The notes under the pieces were generated by a model, which did not search any database, had not been told where the DNA came from, and saw only the letters and a list, made by a program, of their open reading frames with translations. A program made the translations under genes and the position numbers. A stretch of 62,707 bases of DNA, filler included, from Stramenopiles sp. TOSAG23-3 (taxonomy: Eukaryota), in the NCBI GenBank assembly GCA_900128585.1. It is 25 parts of 25 records of this genome, joined end to end, with 100 filler letters (N's around TTAATTAATTAA, not from the genome) between each part and the next. Parts side by side here need not be neighbours in the genome. Positions count along the whole stretch, not along the records: positions 22,691 to 25,105 come from LT644827.1; positions 25,206 to 27,619 come from LT644828.1; positions 27,720 to 30,132 come from LT644829.1; positions 30,233 to 32,645 come from LT644830.1; positions 32,746 to 35,155 come from LT644831.1; positions 35,256 to 37,665 come from LT644832.1; 19 more parts are not named here. The stretch is one strand, 5' to 3'. Shown piece after piece: positions 23,243-35,334 of the stretch; position 1 is the first letter of the stretch, and each line of letters starts with the position of its first letter.

Positions 23243-25060
23243 ATGGGCAATACTTTTCGAAAGAAACACCCGTTGGAACATCTTACAAAACCGACCGGTC
23301 TGTACCCTGAGGGTACTCCCAACTGGAAGGGTGCAGTGATTGCAAAATGTATTTATTCTGGTAAAATGGCACCTCGATTCCCAGGGGTCGAAGACGAGTC
23401 CGGAACGGTAAAGTGTGAGTGCCCAATATGTTTTTTGTATTATCCCGACCATGCCATGAACGCCACCAGTTGTTGCAAGCAGGAAGTATGTACAGAGTGC
23501 GTTTTGCAAGTTTTGAAACCCAGCGAACCGGCAACTTGCCCCTTTTGCAACAAAAACGGATTAAAGTTTGTGGTAAAGGTGGCGGCCGTAGAGCAGCCGG
23601 AAAGGTTCGGCTTATCGGCGGAGCAGTACGGCAGGTACGTCCAGGACGTGAGGCGTTTGAAAGAGAAAGGAAAGGCGGCGGCGAATTCAGAGAGCTCCCA
23701 GGCAAATTTAGTTACTGCGACAAAGAAAGAGCGCGCGGAGCACGAAGAGTACTGCACTCAGTTGAACCGCGCAGCTGAGTTAGAGCGACAGACTTCGCCG
23801 ACTCTCAAAGCCTTCAATAGGTCTGTGCAGGGTCGGCAAGTTCCATCGTACAGTTTAGACTCTTCAGGCGCTTTTAATAGAAACTACCGCGCCCCGCCTG
23901 CCCAGGGGAGACGGAGTGGCGGAGGCTCACCACGCAGGCGCGGAAGCCGACGTGGAAGAGTTTTGCGAGGGAACAGTGCCAGCGCTGCCGCGACGAACCG
24001 ACAGCAGCAATTGTCTTCGACCACATTTGATATCCCAGGAGATTTGGCGCAAATGCTGACCCAAGGAAACATCGAAGAGTTGATGATGGCAGAAGCCATA
24101 CGCAGGTCAATGGCGGAGAGCGCTACGTCCAGCTCAGAGGCGACACCAGGGGGCACTGTGAGCGGCACCGATGCCAACACTGAAGAGGATCAAGCGGTAT
24201 CTGAGGAAAATAGTAGGAAGGAAGAAACACCATTAGAAAAAGCCATACGGCTGTCGTTGCTGGAAGCGAACGAGCCGGAGGCCCTTCAGTCGACAGAGCT
24301 TTCCGTTGAGGATAGGCCAGCGAAGCGGGAAGACGGTGACCACGCAGACAACGAGGATAAGAAGGCCGCAGCAGACACTAGCATCGGCCGAAAGAGCGAG
24401 GTGCAAGAGAGCGTGGGCAATATCCATGCAAAGAATTTAGAAGATGCAAAATTTTTGTCTCGGGTTGAAGCTACTTTGGAGGACGACTGTAAGAAGGGTT
24501 CCGCCGATTCGAAACGAAGTGCTCGGGAGGTTGATGCCTCCACAGAAGTGAAAATACCAACCGTGCCACCTCAGGCTTTGGCACAACCACCATCTGAGAC
24601 TTTCGCAAATCGAGAAGAACACACTGGCAATGGCGCAACTGTAGAAACTAGTGAAACAATTGCCATCGAGGAAGCGTTGAAGCAAGACACGTCAGCAAAG
24701 TTGACCGTCCAAACATCAACACCAGGTGATACCGGTGCAGTCGTTGGCGGTGGAATTGGGGATGAAGTGATTGCAGGCCGGAAAAGCGACGAGGGTGGAG
24801 AAGTTTCTGAAAGCGCTGAGAGCACGGACCTTGACGCACGGAAACCGAGTGACGCTGAAGATAGCACAAGCGGACCGGTTAAAGAGCCTGACAGCACCCC
24901 AAGACCTGAAGTGCAAGCTACAAATTCTGCCGGTTCGAAAACCGAGGAACTTGAAGGAAGTTCTCTAGAAGTTCCAGGCAAGACGTTGCCGGCGCGGGAA
25001 GATGCCGAAGGCGACACACCTGTCGTTAAGAATGATGGTGCGGTGACAGAGCTGGAGTAA
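23243..25060 (+). CDS. Sip5/DA2/GW2-family RING protein with UIM motifs
   Basis: MGN myristoylation-type start, GKMAPRFPG, ECPICFLYYP..MNATSCCKQEVCTECVLQ...CPFC, UIM-like EELMMAEAIRRSM and LEKAIRLSLLE. Confidence 0.88.
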   Translation: MGNTFRKKHPLEHLTKPTGLYPEGTPNWKGAVIAKCIYSGKMAPRFPGVEDESGTVKCECPICFLYYPDHAMNATSCCKQEVCTECVLQVLKPSEPATCPFCNKNGLKFVVKVAAVEQPERFGLSAEQYGRYVQDVRRLKEKGKAAANSESSQANLVTATKKERAEHEEYCTQLNRAAELERQTSPTLKAFNRSVQGRQVPSYSLDSSGAFNRNYRAPPAQGRRSGGGSPRRRGSRRGRVLRGNSASAAATNRQQQLSSTTFDIPGDLAQMLTQGNIEELMMAEAIRRSMAESATSSSEATPGGTVSGTDANTEEDQAVSEENSRKEETPLEKAIRLSLLEANEPEALQSTELSVEDRPAKREDGDHADNEDKKAAADTSIGRKSEVQESVGNIHAKNLEDAKFLSRVEATLEDDCKKGSADSKRSAREVDASTEVKIPTVPPQALAQPPSETFANREEHTGNGATVETSETIAIEEALKQDTSAKLTVQTSTPGDTGAVVGGGIGDEVIAGRKSDEGGEVSESAESTDLDARKPSDAEDSTSGPVKEPDSTPRPEVQATNSAGSKTEELEGSSLEVPGKTLPAREDAEGDTPVVKNDGAVTELE

Positions 25061-26865
25061 GCTCGAACTGTCTCATGCCTTTTGTACTAAATACTGAAAA
25101 ATCGCNNNNNNNNNNNNNNNNNNNNNNNNNNNNNNNNNNNNNNNNNNNNTTAATTAATTAANNNNNNNNNNNNNNNNNNNNNNNNNNNNNNNNNNNNNNN
25201 NNNNNTATTTTGATCATGGCGAGCCATAGAACAATCCGTTTCGTTCGTATCAGCAATTATTTTTATTGTTGTATTTTTCGACACCACCACAAATAATATA
25301 ATAATAATAATAATAGTTGTTTTCTTTTTTTTCTTCCTTTTGTATTACTGTACTACCTGTACTACTCTTTTTTCATCATCTCATCCTCCTCCTCCTCCTC
25401 TCCGTCCTCCTCCTCAATAATAATACAAAAATAATATAATTTAAAATAACAAAAAACAATCAAACTAACAAACAAACAAAACAAAAACGAGCAAATAGGA
25501 TGAAGAGAAAAGAAGGTCCAGTCGATTTATGTACGCATTTGTAGTTTGTAGATAGACCGACTGCTAGCCAAATGTTTGTAATCTTTTCTTTATTCGAATA
25601 GGAAGTATTATACTGTATCTTTTAACCAATCCTCATCCGTATTATATTTTTATACTTGTTTACAACGAGAAGAGCAACGAGAGACTGTTTGCTTTTTGCT
25701 TGTTTGCTATCTTACTCTCTTAAAAGGTGCGGTATTAATACTACGGCTGCTGAATGCTGAATCACTTCTCGTTTGCGATTTGCTTGCGGTTTCACCTCCT
25801 ATTCCTCCCTCCTTCACTCACGCACTTGGTGACATTGGACTTTGTAACATTTTATGTATAATAACCACACAGCATATATAATAAATAATAATACATCCTT
25901 AATTTAATGGCTCAAAAAAACCCCTGATTTTAATACCAATTTTTAATATTAAACTAGATATCCCGAAAGTCAACCCTTCGATAAATATGTCCAGTAATTA
26001 ATTATAATAAGGTATTATTTGTATAACAATTAGTATAACAATTATTACAGTTAAATTGAATTATATCTCTCTAATTGTTAATTGTAAAAAAAAATGAAAC
26101 GAAAATTTCAGTAGAAAAGATTATATTGTAATTGGAATTTGGAATAAATATTTAGAATAGTCGTTCTACATCTATTAATTAATACAGCAATACAATACAG
26201 CAATACAGCATTAGATTTAAAATATATAATAAATATTTTTATAGCAAAAAATAGTGTTGTTAATTTTAAAAAACAAAAACAACCAGAAGGACAACGACGA
26301 ATTTATCTAAAATAAAATAATAATAAACGTATTATTAATATTCGTTCTATATTTAAAGAGCTAAAAGCACACTAAAAGCTAAAAGGACAATGGACAAAAT
26401 TAATGCATAGCACAGCATCAGGGATGTTCTCATAGAGTTTACAATGATGAAAAGAAATAGCGGCGCTTATTAAAATACGTCCAGATCCAGGAGGAGACCA
26501 CCACTCGTTTTATTTTTTTGAATTTTATTTATTATTATTTTTTTCTCTTCTTCTTTCTTTCTTCTTCTTCTTCTTCTACTTGGTATTTTTATTATTTTAT
26601 TTAGAACTATAAGGTTGATTATTTCGTTTGTTGAAAAACAGAAGAGTATATTAATATATTTAGTCGTCTAGTTCTACTCCTTCTCTAATAATAAATAGAT
26701 TAACAATCTCATAAAAAAGGTGAAACAGACACTTTTGCCAACATCAGGAATTAAGAAGTACTACTGACCTGATATATTATTTCAACACGTTTGATATAAT
26801 AGCATACCCTCACCGCACGAAGGGAGAGAAAAAGAGAGAGAGGATCGTGATAACACGTTTAAGCA

Positions 26866-27619
26866 ATGATTGGTCAGAAAAACATCATTGTCTTTCTTGT
26901 GGCATGCGCATTTGCCTTGTACCAGTTTCGCAATGCGAAGAACAAAGCCGACTTGATGAGCCCCAACTTTCAAATGAAAAAGGCCAAGCAAATGATTATT
27001 AATCACATGAATATGTTCGACCATAAGATTTACGACGCAAAGACAGGGAGAGGGGATTTTGAGATTCTAATTATGACGAACGAAAAAGGCGGGAAGGCGC
27101 CCCAGCTACTGGGTAGACTCACAGAGGACAAATCAGTGAGGCGCGCTCGGCGGCACGGAAGGCGCAGTGGGCACGACTATAGAAGGAAGAAAAGAAGGAA
27201 GCCCAACTCGCGGCGAAGACGGGGGCGAAAGGAACGACAGGAACATATTTTTACCCCGACCTTAAGGCTTGTAAAATACGATGAAAAACTGACAAAGTTG
27301 GAATACGTCTTGATTCGTCGAGGGCTGATAACAAATGTACTGAACGCCAAAGCCAAGGAAACACTGAAAGAAGGGAACGCTGTTAATGCCCCGAAAACCA
27401 CGGCAGAGGAAAAGGAGCAGAAAGAGTCTATAAAAGCCGACACCATAAAAGAAATTGAAAAGCGAACGGCAGAAAAGGAAGCTGAGGAAACCAGAAAATC
27501 AAACGAACAAGCGAAGAAGACCAAAGAGCAAACGCGCAAGCAAAATAAGCGAGAAGAAGTTAAAAAACAGAAGGAAGCTAGTGATGATGACACGACAGTG
27601 GTGGTAGATACCGACGGAA
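26866..27619 (+). CDS. Hypothetical protein with N-terminal signal anchor, 3'-truncated
   Basis: IIVFLVACAFALY hydrophobic segment followed by basic and charged regions. Confidence 0.7.
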
Positions 27620-27719
27620 NNNNNNNNNNNNNNNNNNNNNNNNNNNNNNNNNNNNNNNNNNNNTTAATTAATTAANNNNNNNNNNNNNNNNNNNNNNNNN
27701 NNNNNNNNNNNNNNNNNNN

Positions 27720-29621
27720 AACAGCTCGTTCTCGTTCGAGGACCGGTTACCGCTGGACACCCCGTCACATATGCCGCCCCATTTCTACCAACAGGGCACC
27801 ACCGAGGTCGACGTCGAGACGTCCCTGAGCCTGGGAAAGCTGGAGAACGTGCTGAAGCGCGGGGGCGGGTCTGCCGGCGCCGGGCCGGGTGGGCGCACGA
27901 ACGCGTCCGAGGCGAACCGGATCCTCAAGATCGAGAACGAGCTGTTGGAGGCCCGCCAGCGCCTGGCCAAGAGCGAGGAGAGACTGGGCACCAACGTAGA
28001 GTCCCCGTTGTCGACGCTTCGGCGGCAGCTTGACATGGCACAGGGGATGGGGGTGGGGCCGCAGGTGACGATGTTCGAAGGGATCACCCGGCCGGACGAC
28101 GTGCGGGTCCGGAACGAGCTGAACGCCACGCTGCGGCGGCTGGAGGCGGCCGCCAGCCGGGAGGGGGCGCTGCGGATGGAGAACCACTACTTGCGAACGA
28201 GCAACAGGTTGGACGGAACTGGGGCCGGAGCGGTAGTCCCGACGGTAGCCTCAACGACCACGGGGGCGCGGACGATCAAAAAGCCCGACGTCGCCCCCAC
28301 CGCCACCGAGGCCGCGAGCGCCGCGGCCAACGACTCGGTGTCCAGGAACCTCATCCTTCGGTGTGCCCTCCTGGAAGAGAAGCTTGAATCGGCTGAGATC
28401 CGGGCAAACCGGGCCGAGACGACCGTCGAGGCGCTCGTCCAGCAGCTCAAGCGGATCCGGTCCCAGCGGACCCAAGAAGCGCTCGAGCGGGAGACGAAGC
28501 TGTACAGCCGGATCGAGGCGAACATGGCGAGCGTGTTCGACGTGACCGGGCCGTTGCTCGACACGGAGAACAAGGCGCACGAGCGTCACGCGGAAATCGC
28601 GGAGAACCTGCACCAATTGGACACCGTCATGCAGCGAAAGGTGGCGACTCTGCGAAACCGGGTAAAGCAGCTTGAGGGAGAGAACAGCAAGCTGGGCGAA
28701 GAGCTCCAGCTTCGCCCGATGTACAAAGACTACAAAGAGCTGCTGCACAGGGAGAACGCGCTCCACGACGTGATCCACCGCAACAACATCGCCGTGGACG
28801 CCGCCTCGCCGGGGGGAGGGAAGCCGGCGACCCAAGACGCCATCCGCAGGGACCGCACGCTGACTGGGGTGGACAGCGCCGACCTCGAGCACGCCCAGGA
28901 GCGCGTCAGTAGGTTCATGAAGGGGGAGAAACGGGTGCAGCAGCAGCGCAGCAACCAGTCCGAGGCGGCCGAGCCGAAGCCCGACGGGGACGGCATATTC
29001 TCCGGGCCATTACGCCCGCCGCTGGACCAGATATCGGTCCTCTGGGCGGCAGCGTCCGTGCTGAGGGACGTCGTGGACTACCTGAACGTCGACAGCGTGC
29101 TGGAGGTGCTCCCCAGGATCAAGGAGTTGTCTCAGGACGGCCATTTGCACTCCTCGTACCGACGGTTTGTCGAGGCCGCCACCGACGAGATCGAACGGGG
29201 GACGCGCATCGACGTGGGCCGTGTGTTCGACCCCGACAAGAAGGGCGCGAACGAAGCCCCAGGCGAGGCGAAGCTGCGAACGAGCGTTCTATCACTCGAC
29301 CAGGCCATGATTACGCTCGTGGGGCAGATGCGAGAGCGCAGGGCGATGGCGTTTGCCCAGACGGCCCCGCAGCTGCTCGTGCACCAGATTTTGGTGCAGT
29401 TCCAGATGCTCTTGAACGTCGACGCCGGCGACAGGGTGGTGCCCGCGCTGCAGAACCTTGTCTCCAAGCTCCGGGCTTCCAAGATGGTCCTCCAGAAGAT
29501 ACGGGGCCTGTTCGGGCTCCCTAGAAAGGTCGACGACGACGGTGACTTGTTGTCCGTGGTACAGCTCTACGTGCGGAACCTTGGTCTGGCCCAGGCTAGT
29601 GACTGGGCGGGGATAATGTGA
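27720..29621 (+). CDS. Coiled-coil protein, CEP70-like C-terminus, 5'-truncated
   Basis: Long coils; C-terminal ILVQFQMLLNV....VVPALQNLVSKL.....VLQKIRGLFGL resembles the CEP70 C-terminal helical region. Confidence 0.6.
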   Translation, partial: NSSFSFEDRLPLDTPSHMPPHFYQQGTTEVDVETSLSLGKLENVLKRGGGSAGAGPGGRTNASEANRILKIENELLEARQRLAKSEERLGTNVESPLSTLRRQLDMAQGMGVGPQVTMFEGITRPDDVRVRNELNATLRRLEAAASREGALRMENHYLRTSNRLDGTGAGAVVPTVASTTTGARTIKKPDVAPTATEAASAAANDSVSRNLILRCALLEEKLESAEIRANRAETTVEALVQQLKRIRSQRTQEALERETKLYSRIEANMASVFDVTGPLLDTENKAHERHAEIAENLHQLDTVMQRKVATLRNRVKQLEGENSKLGEELQLRPMYKDYKELLHRENALHDVIHRNNIAVDAASPGGGKPATQDAIRRDRTLTGVDSADLEHAQERVSRFMKGEKRVQQQRSNQSEAAEPKPDGDGIFSGPLRPPLDQISVLWAAASVLRDVVDYLNVDSVLEVLPRIKELSQDGHLHSSYRRFVEAATDEIERGTRIDVGRVFDPDKKGANEAPGEAKLRTSVLSLDQAMITLVGQMRERRAMAFAQTAPQLLVHQILVQFQMLLNVDAGDRVVPALQNLVSKLRASKMVLQKIRGLFGLPRKVDDDGDLLSVVQLYVRNLGLAQASDWAGIM

Positions 29622-30243
29622 CTAGAAAATAGAGAAAGGGACGGGAAGGGAGAAAAGGAACGATTAAGTTAACTTCTTTGGCATGGCCTGGCTGGCTTCA
29701 CGAACAACGTTTTTGGCCTTTGGATTTCGCATAAAAAAAGCTTTATGATGATGATATAGATATAACAAATCGACCGTATTCTATGTTTTACTCCATTGTT
29801 CATTGTATCTTCATCTTATTTTTCACTTCTATTCTTCTATCATTCATCATAAACTCAACTCCGTCGCTTGTCAATTGAGCATTGAGCACCATCATCCTAT
29901 CTAATTGTACATGTATATTATAAATGAATACGGTATTATTATTTCTTCTATTTGTTTTCATACTACTACTACATAAAAAGTACATGAATAGCAAAAAATA
30001 ATAGTCTAAGAATAAAAACACAAAATAATCATCCCCAGCGTCAGCAGCAGTTCGTTGTTGTTATAATTTTAGACCGAAGAAGGGATGCAAATTAGATGAC
30101 TTCCGAATCCGAACCTACCTGTATTATTAATANNNNNNNNNNNNNNNNNNNNNNNNNNNNNNNNNNNNNNNNNNNNTTAATTAATTAANNNNNNNNNNNN
30201 NNNNNNNNNNNNNNNNNNNNNNNNNNNNNNNNAATTTTCAGCC

Positions 30244-32052
30244 ATGCTTGTGTGGAGGAGAGCAAGTGTGGAAACCAGATCAAACGATAGAACATTTGCA
30301 TGTTCCGAATTAGGCACAGAAGAATTTCTTGGCACGCGATTGATAACTGGTAGAACTATGGATTATGGAGGGTTGCCGCCCTTGCGGCACATACAGGTGG
30401 GCGTTCAGATAGGAGGGGGCAGGAAGTTAAGACGAAATATAGAGAAAAGAAAGCAAAAGGCAAATGCCACTTCAATCGCGAAACGGAAGCGTACCAGGGT
30501 AGGCATGGGGATGTCAACTGTATATACAAAAGGGAAAAAGAGTCAAGCGCAGGATCGCGATCGAGGGAATTCCCCCCCTTCACCTACTTTTGGGCGAAAA
30601 AAGGCAAAGGCACACCATGAAGATTTTGTGAACCAGAAGCTTCAGAACCACAGCCCGTACCGGTTTGGGGTAAGCTCTGGCCTCGAAAGTCCTGAGCCAA
30701 ATGCCGGAGGCTCTGTAATTCTGAATAGGCTGGCCGAAAAAATACATGCCCCGGAAGACTTTTTGATAGAACCGGGGGAGCCCCTTCATTCTCCTTCGGG
30801 AAGCCAACAGAACGAACTGTCTCCCACCCCGTCAATAACTAATAGCAAACGACAACTGGGCCCGAGGCCTGGGAACATAGTCAGGATTCGTGGCCGTACC
30901 AGCTGGGGTAGAAAACTAGAAAAAAATGTAGCCCAGATCAAGGGGACGACATTCAAGATTATAGAAGAGGAGCCACCCAAAGCTCACGAGTCTTTTTCTC
31001 ACGCGAGCCTAGACGAGGAGTTCAAACTCTGTTTTGTGCCTAAAGAACGGAACCCTGTTATCGAGCGGGCGACGCTGGAAGACCAGAAAATTTCTCTGCT
31101 CAACTCCAGGATGACGAACATGGCCCAAAATATCCAAGGCGGTCTAAAAAAACTAGGAATTTTTCCCACCGCTAGTGGGATGGTTCCCGTCTCCGATTTT
31201 CAGAGACTTGGGAAGCAGCTCAACATGGCGCCCAAGTATTTGGACCAGTTGGTGTATGGGAAAGCGGGTGTATGCGACGAGAACGGAAACGTTGATTTGG
31301 TCGCGTTGGGAATTCTGAAAACGAGCGTCGCCTCCCCGGTAAGAAAGAGAGGAGGACCAAGCGTTGAACAGGCGCAATACCACAGAAGTAGAAATGGCTT
31401 TAATTCGCCCATCTACATGAGCGCACAGTTAAATGTAGGAGCAGAGACAAAGAAATCGCTTATGAAAAAAAGCTCGAGCCTGCCCGCTCTCAGCCAGCAC
31501 AATACAATCGACCAAAAGGGCGTCCGGGCAAAAAACCCCCCGTGGAAGAGAGGCTTGGCTAGTGCTCGTTGGGGCGATGAGCATTACAGAAGCACGTTTT
31601 CGTTGACCCAAGGCCGCCAAGGCAGTGCTTTGTACGAAAAAAATAATTTTGAAAGAAAGAAAGTCCTCTTCTCAGAAATAGATCACCAGAAGAAAAAAAA
31701 GTTTAAACAGCACAGGCAAGCACTGTACAATGATCACGAAAACAAGCTTCAGAACCGGAGAGCGCAAGAGCACTGGCTGCAAAAGCACCTAGAAACGCGA
31801 AAGAGCAATACAATTATGAGACAGGCTGCAAGGTACGAAGATTTTCTGTCGAAAGAACGGATTCGCCGAGCGACGCTTTGGTCAGACTCTGGAAAGCATT
31901 ACCAAGACGGTTTACCGCAGCGGTTGGAACATCGAAAACACCAGTACAAACAAACAATAGACGACGGCTCTTACGCCACAGCAATGGGACGACGGAACGG
32001 TTTGCAAAAACGAGAGTGGGAGCGCGTGTTCAAAAGGAGTCCCGTGAGGTGA
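30244..32052 (+). CDS. Basic, largely disordered hypothetical protein (start may be ATG 30358)
   Basis: 602-codon open frame; no family recognised. Confidence 0.75.
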   Translation: MLVWRRASVETRSNDRTFACSELGTEEFLGTRLITGRTMDYGGLPPLRHIQVGVQIGGGRKLRRNIEKRKQKANATSIAKRKRTRVGMGMSTVYTKGKKSQAQDRDRGNSPPSPTFGRKKAKAHHEDFVNQKLQNHSPYRFGVSSGLESPEPNAGGSVILNRLAEKIHAPEDFLIEPGEPLHSPSGSQQNELSPTPSITNSKRQLGPRPGNIVRIRGRTSWGRKLEKNVAQIKGTTFKIIEEEPPKAHESFSHASLDEEFKLCFVPKERNPVIERATLEDQKISLLNSRMTNMAQNIQGGLKKLGIFPTASGMVPVSDFQRLGKQLNMAPKYLDQLVYGKAGVCDENGNVDLVALGILKTSVASPVRKRGGPSVEQAQYHRSRNGFNSPIYMSAQLNVGAETKKSLMKKSSSLPALSQHNTIDQKGVRAKNPPWKRGLASARWGDEHYRSTFSLTQGRQGSALYEKNNFERKKVLFSEIDHQKKKKFKQHRQALYNDHENKLQNRRAQEHWLQKHLETRKSNTIMRQAARYEDFLSKERIRRATLWSDSGKHYQDGLPQRLEHRKHQYKQTIDDGSYATAMGRRNGLQKREWERVFKRSPVR

Positions 32053-32441
32053 GACGATGACCGCATTCCAAATGAACATCATCATAATCTCTCATTTGTA
32101 CTATTATAATAACTATGACTACGCATAATTGCCTATCAATTTCGAATGACCTAATTATTGTCTACAACACAACGTAACACCAAGCGAGGAGGAAGAAATA
32201 AAGGAGCTTCTTCTTTTTTTTCTTCTTCGTAATTTATTACAGAAGTCGACTATTTAAAGATTTAGTACCGGTAGTGAGTAGGAAATAAATGAATGGATAG
32301 TCGTGTGCACAGTACGAGATTTTTAGTTCAAAAGAGTATTTTATATAAGATTTTGCGAGTCCTGCCTTTCAAGATTTTTTTTACCCTACGGTTTGGTGAC
32401 GGCAGCCTTCACGTTCACTCGTTGGCCAAAGCGTAAATAGT

Positions 32442-32645
32442 ATGGCTTCCTTGGCGGCACCAAAAGAAATAGGGGTCGATGAATACTACACCGACGACAA
32501 ATTTGATAACGAGGGGCTGTTTGCCCCACCCAATGATGGAGATGGGTGGGACGTTCTTATGAATGACCCGGGAAAATTTCAAATGTGGCGCAAGCTTGTT
32601 CCTGGTACTCAAGTTTATGAGTACAAATGTATTGGGACATCCGCC
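32442..32645 (+). CDS. START-domain (PCTP/STARD2-like) protein, N-terminal fragment
   Basis: GWDVLMN..GKFQMWRKLVPGTQVYEYKCIGT. Confidence 0.7.
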
Positions 32646-32746
32646 NNNNNNNNNNNNNNNNNNNNNNNNNNNNNNNNNNNNNNNNNNNNTTAATTAATTA
32701 ANNNNNNNNNNNNNNNNNNNNNNNNNNNNNNNNNNNNNNNNNNNNA

Positions 32747-35155
32747 AAGAGCTCAAACTACCAATTGCGTCTTATAGGCGACAGGATCCTTTTCCACACA
32801 TCCATTATTGCCGCAATGACTTTGGTGATAAACGGCAGCACAACAGCTTACTTGCTCAAGTATTTGCGACTTAACCGTGTATCCAAAGCTAGTATCAAGA
32901 CGAAGTTGCGAGCAACTGTCCGCCTAGACCACGTGATAAAAAACAGAGCGAAACAACTCCACCGAGCAGAGTTCAGCACGTTCTTCAAGCAATTAACTGA
33001 ACAAGAGTGGACAAAGGTTTGGTACCATCTTCCCGTTCACTCAGAGGCGGTGTATGTTTTAAGAACAGAGAGCAAACACCGAGTGTTCGATGGCAACGAC
33101 GAGTCGCTGATTCCAGTAAATTTTCGTGGACGCTGGAGACGGTATAAAAAACATTGGGGATCAGAGGAGGTAAAGGACCGCGTGAACAAAATTTTGCGGT
33201 CTAATGCGACGGCTGATATTCAAGGGGTTGTGCATCGCATGAGAACACGCTCGATATCCAGATCGACGACTGTAGACTTTGGTTTAGACATGGAGGAAGC
33301 CCGAAGGCGCTTTGTTGCCGCCGCCAAAGGCATGTATAACGAGCAATTCACCGACGGGTTTATATCGATGTCTGCGGCTTACAGCCACCTAATCGAGGCA
33401 GAGGACCTTACGATTGACCACCCGGATAGGCCAATGGATCATTTTAATGCTACCCTAAGCTCCGCTGTCGAGTTACCGGGTTGCGCAAAATGCCTTTTGA
33501 AGTTCATGAAGAGGGGCCCTTTGAAATGTATTTCAAATTTTTTGCTTCAACGCCACGCCCTTATGGTGTTTGAGATACTGTCAAACTTTATATACGTCCA
33601 CGAGCGAGTGATGAGGCATTTGCAGTCAAGTCAAAACCATGAAGGGGTGCTTGGAAACAACGAAGCTCTTCGCTTGTCGTTTGAAAACAGAAAACTGCTG
33701 GAAGAGGCGCATGTGGCGTTGAAAGACTTGCACACACTTTTCCCTGATTTACTAAGGGAAGCAGGAACCAAAATGGCCGCAAGAGTCATGCTGGAAACGG
33801 AACGAGCGACGACTATGGAGGAGTACGAAGACGGCGAATTAATGTCAAACGAGATGAAGGCCATGATCCACGATACCGTTTCGTCAATAGCCAAAAGTAC
33901 AATCGAGGGAGACAGTTTTGCCGCTTGCACTAGCGTGGGAACACGGTTAGATGCATTAACGCTTGTCCAGAAAAACAATCGCGCTCGACCGTACCAGACT
34001 CTGGCACTCTTCCCAGACCCTATCTTACAAGAAATTGTGCGTGTCGGAAGCGAACGTTTTTACGAGCACGGAGAAATAATTTACAATGCACAGGATGGAA
34101 AGCTCGGGCTCCACTACATTGGCCGTGGCCATGCGATTGTTTGCTGTGTATTGAACGGTCCCCACGAGAACGATAATAGGGCAAGAAAAATATTCGAAAA
34201 TCTCCAACGTGGGCACAATGCAGCAGTGACGGCGGCAAGAAAATTGCGGAGGAAGGAGAAATCAGGGGGAAGGAAACTCTTCAGCGCAGTAGAAACGAAT
34301 CTGGGGCAGGCCATGCAAAAAGCTTCCCCCAGCCCGTCTAATCGATTGTCACGCCCTGTGATAGGTTTCGGTTTGGACAGTGAGAGAGCATTGGAGAAAG
34401 CGATGCACGGAGGGAAAATATCTACCGTATCGGCGATAAACCTTATGCCCCTGAAAGACACGGAAAAATCCCCACGATCAGACGAAGGCTTGCAAAGTAA
34501 TGCCGATAAGTTAAAACACACCAGCAGCGAACACGTCATGAGCATACCATTGCGGAAAAGGAGCAGCAAACGGGAACTTCTGGAGCTAGCCTCAGAGTGC
34601 GGGGCTGACATGGACAACAATGGATTAATAAGCGAGCACGAACTGGATATGTTCATCAACATCCAACAAATGTTTTCCTCGGGCACTGTTTCAATAATCA
34701 GGTCATTGCGGTTTGGGGACATAGCTGGATCCACTGAAGTGCTGCAAAACTTCAATAGTTACAGTAGCACTATGGAAGCCGAGAGTTCATTGCGTACCCT
34801 CTTCTTACCCAAACAGCATATTCTTAAACTCATGGAAAAATACAAAAACTTACGGAGTATGCTGTGGAAAGAAGCGGCCGTCGAGATAATTCAAACATCA
34901 GGGGTTTTCCCGGACGACGAGTACAAAAGGTCGCAAATTTGGAACAACATCGACGTTGCCTGTAGGCACAGCCATGTCATGTTGGTGAAAGCGTCATCGT
35001 CAATTCTGAAACTCAAAGAAGGTCATGGGATGTTCATCCTGAGCGGTTCTGTGAAGTTTGAGAGCGAGGAATACGGTACGTATCACTATGCGAGTGCATC
35101 GGACGTTGCCCGCCACTACACTTGCTCTGGAGACGATGCAGTCTTGATGGTTTTT
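32747..35155 (+). CDS. SOS1/SLC9C-like Na+/H+ exchanger: last TM plus cytosolic tail with CNBD and EF-hand; truncated at both ends
   Basis: ILFHTSIIAAMTLVINGSTTAYLLKYLRL (CPA1 final helix), EEARRRFVAAAKGMYNEQFTDGFI, EYEDGELMSNE, CNBD motifs. Confidence 0.85.
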
Positions 35156-35255
35156 NNNNNNNNNNNNNNNNNNNNNNNNNNNNNNNNNNNNNNNNNNNNT
35201 TAATTAATTAANNNNNNNNNNNNNNNNNNNNNNNNNNNNNNNNNNNNNNNNNNNN

Positions 35256-35334
35256 ATTACTTCAGTACAACAGATGACAGTGAGAACAACAATAAAGTTC
35301 TTAGAATAAGAGACTACAAAGTCAACACAATGCC
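35256..35334 (+). repeat. 79-bp perfect inverted copy of this contig's other end (37587-37665); probable assembly or amplification artefact
   Basis: attacttcagtacaac...aacacaatgcc is the exact reverse complement of 37587-37665, which is in-frame coding sequence of the fibre-like gene. Confidence 0.93.
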
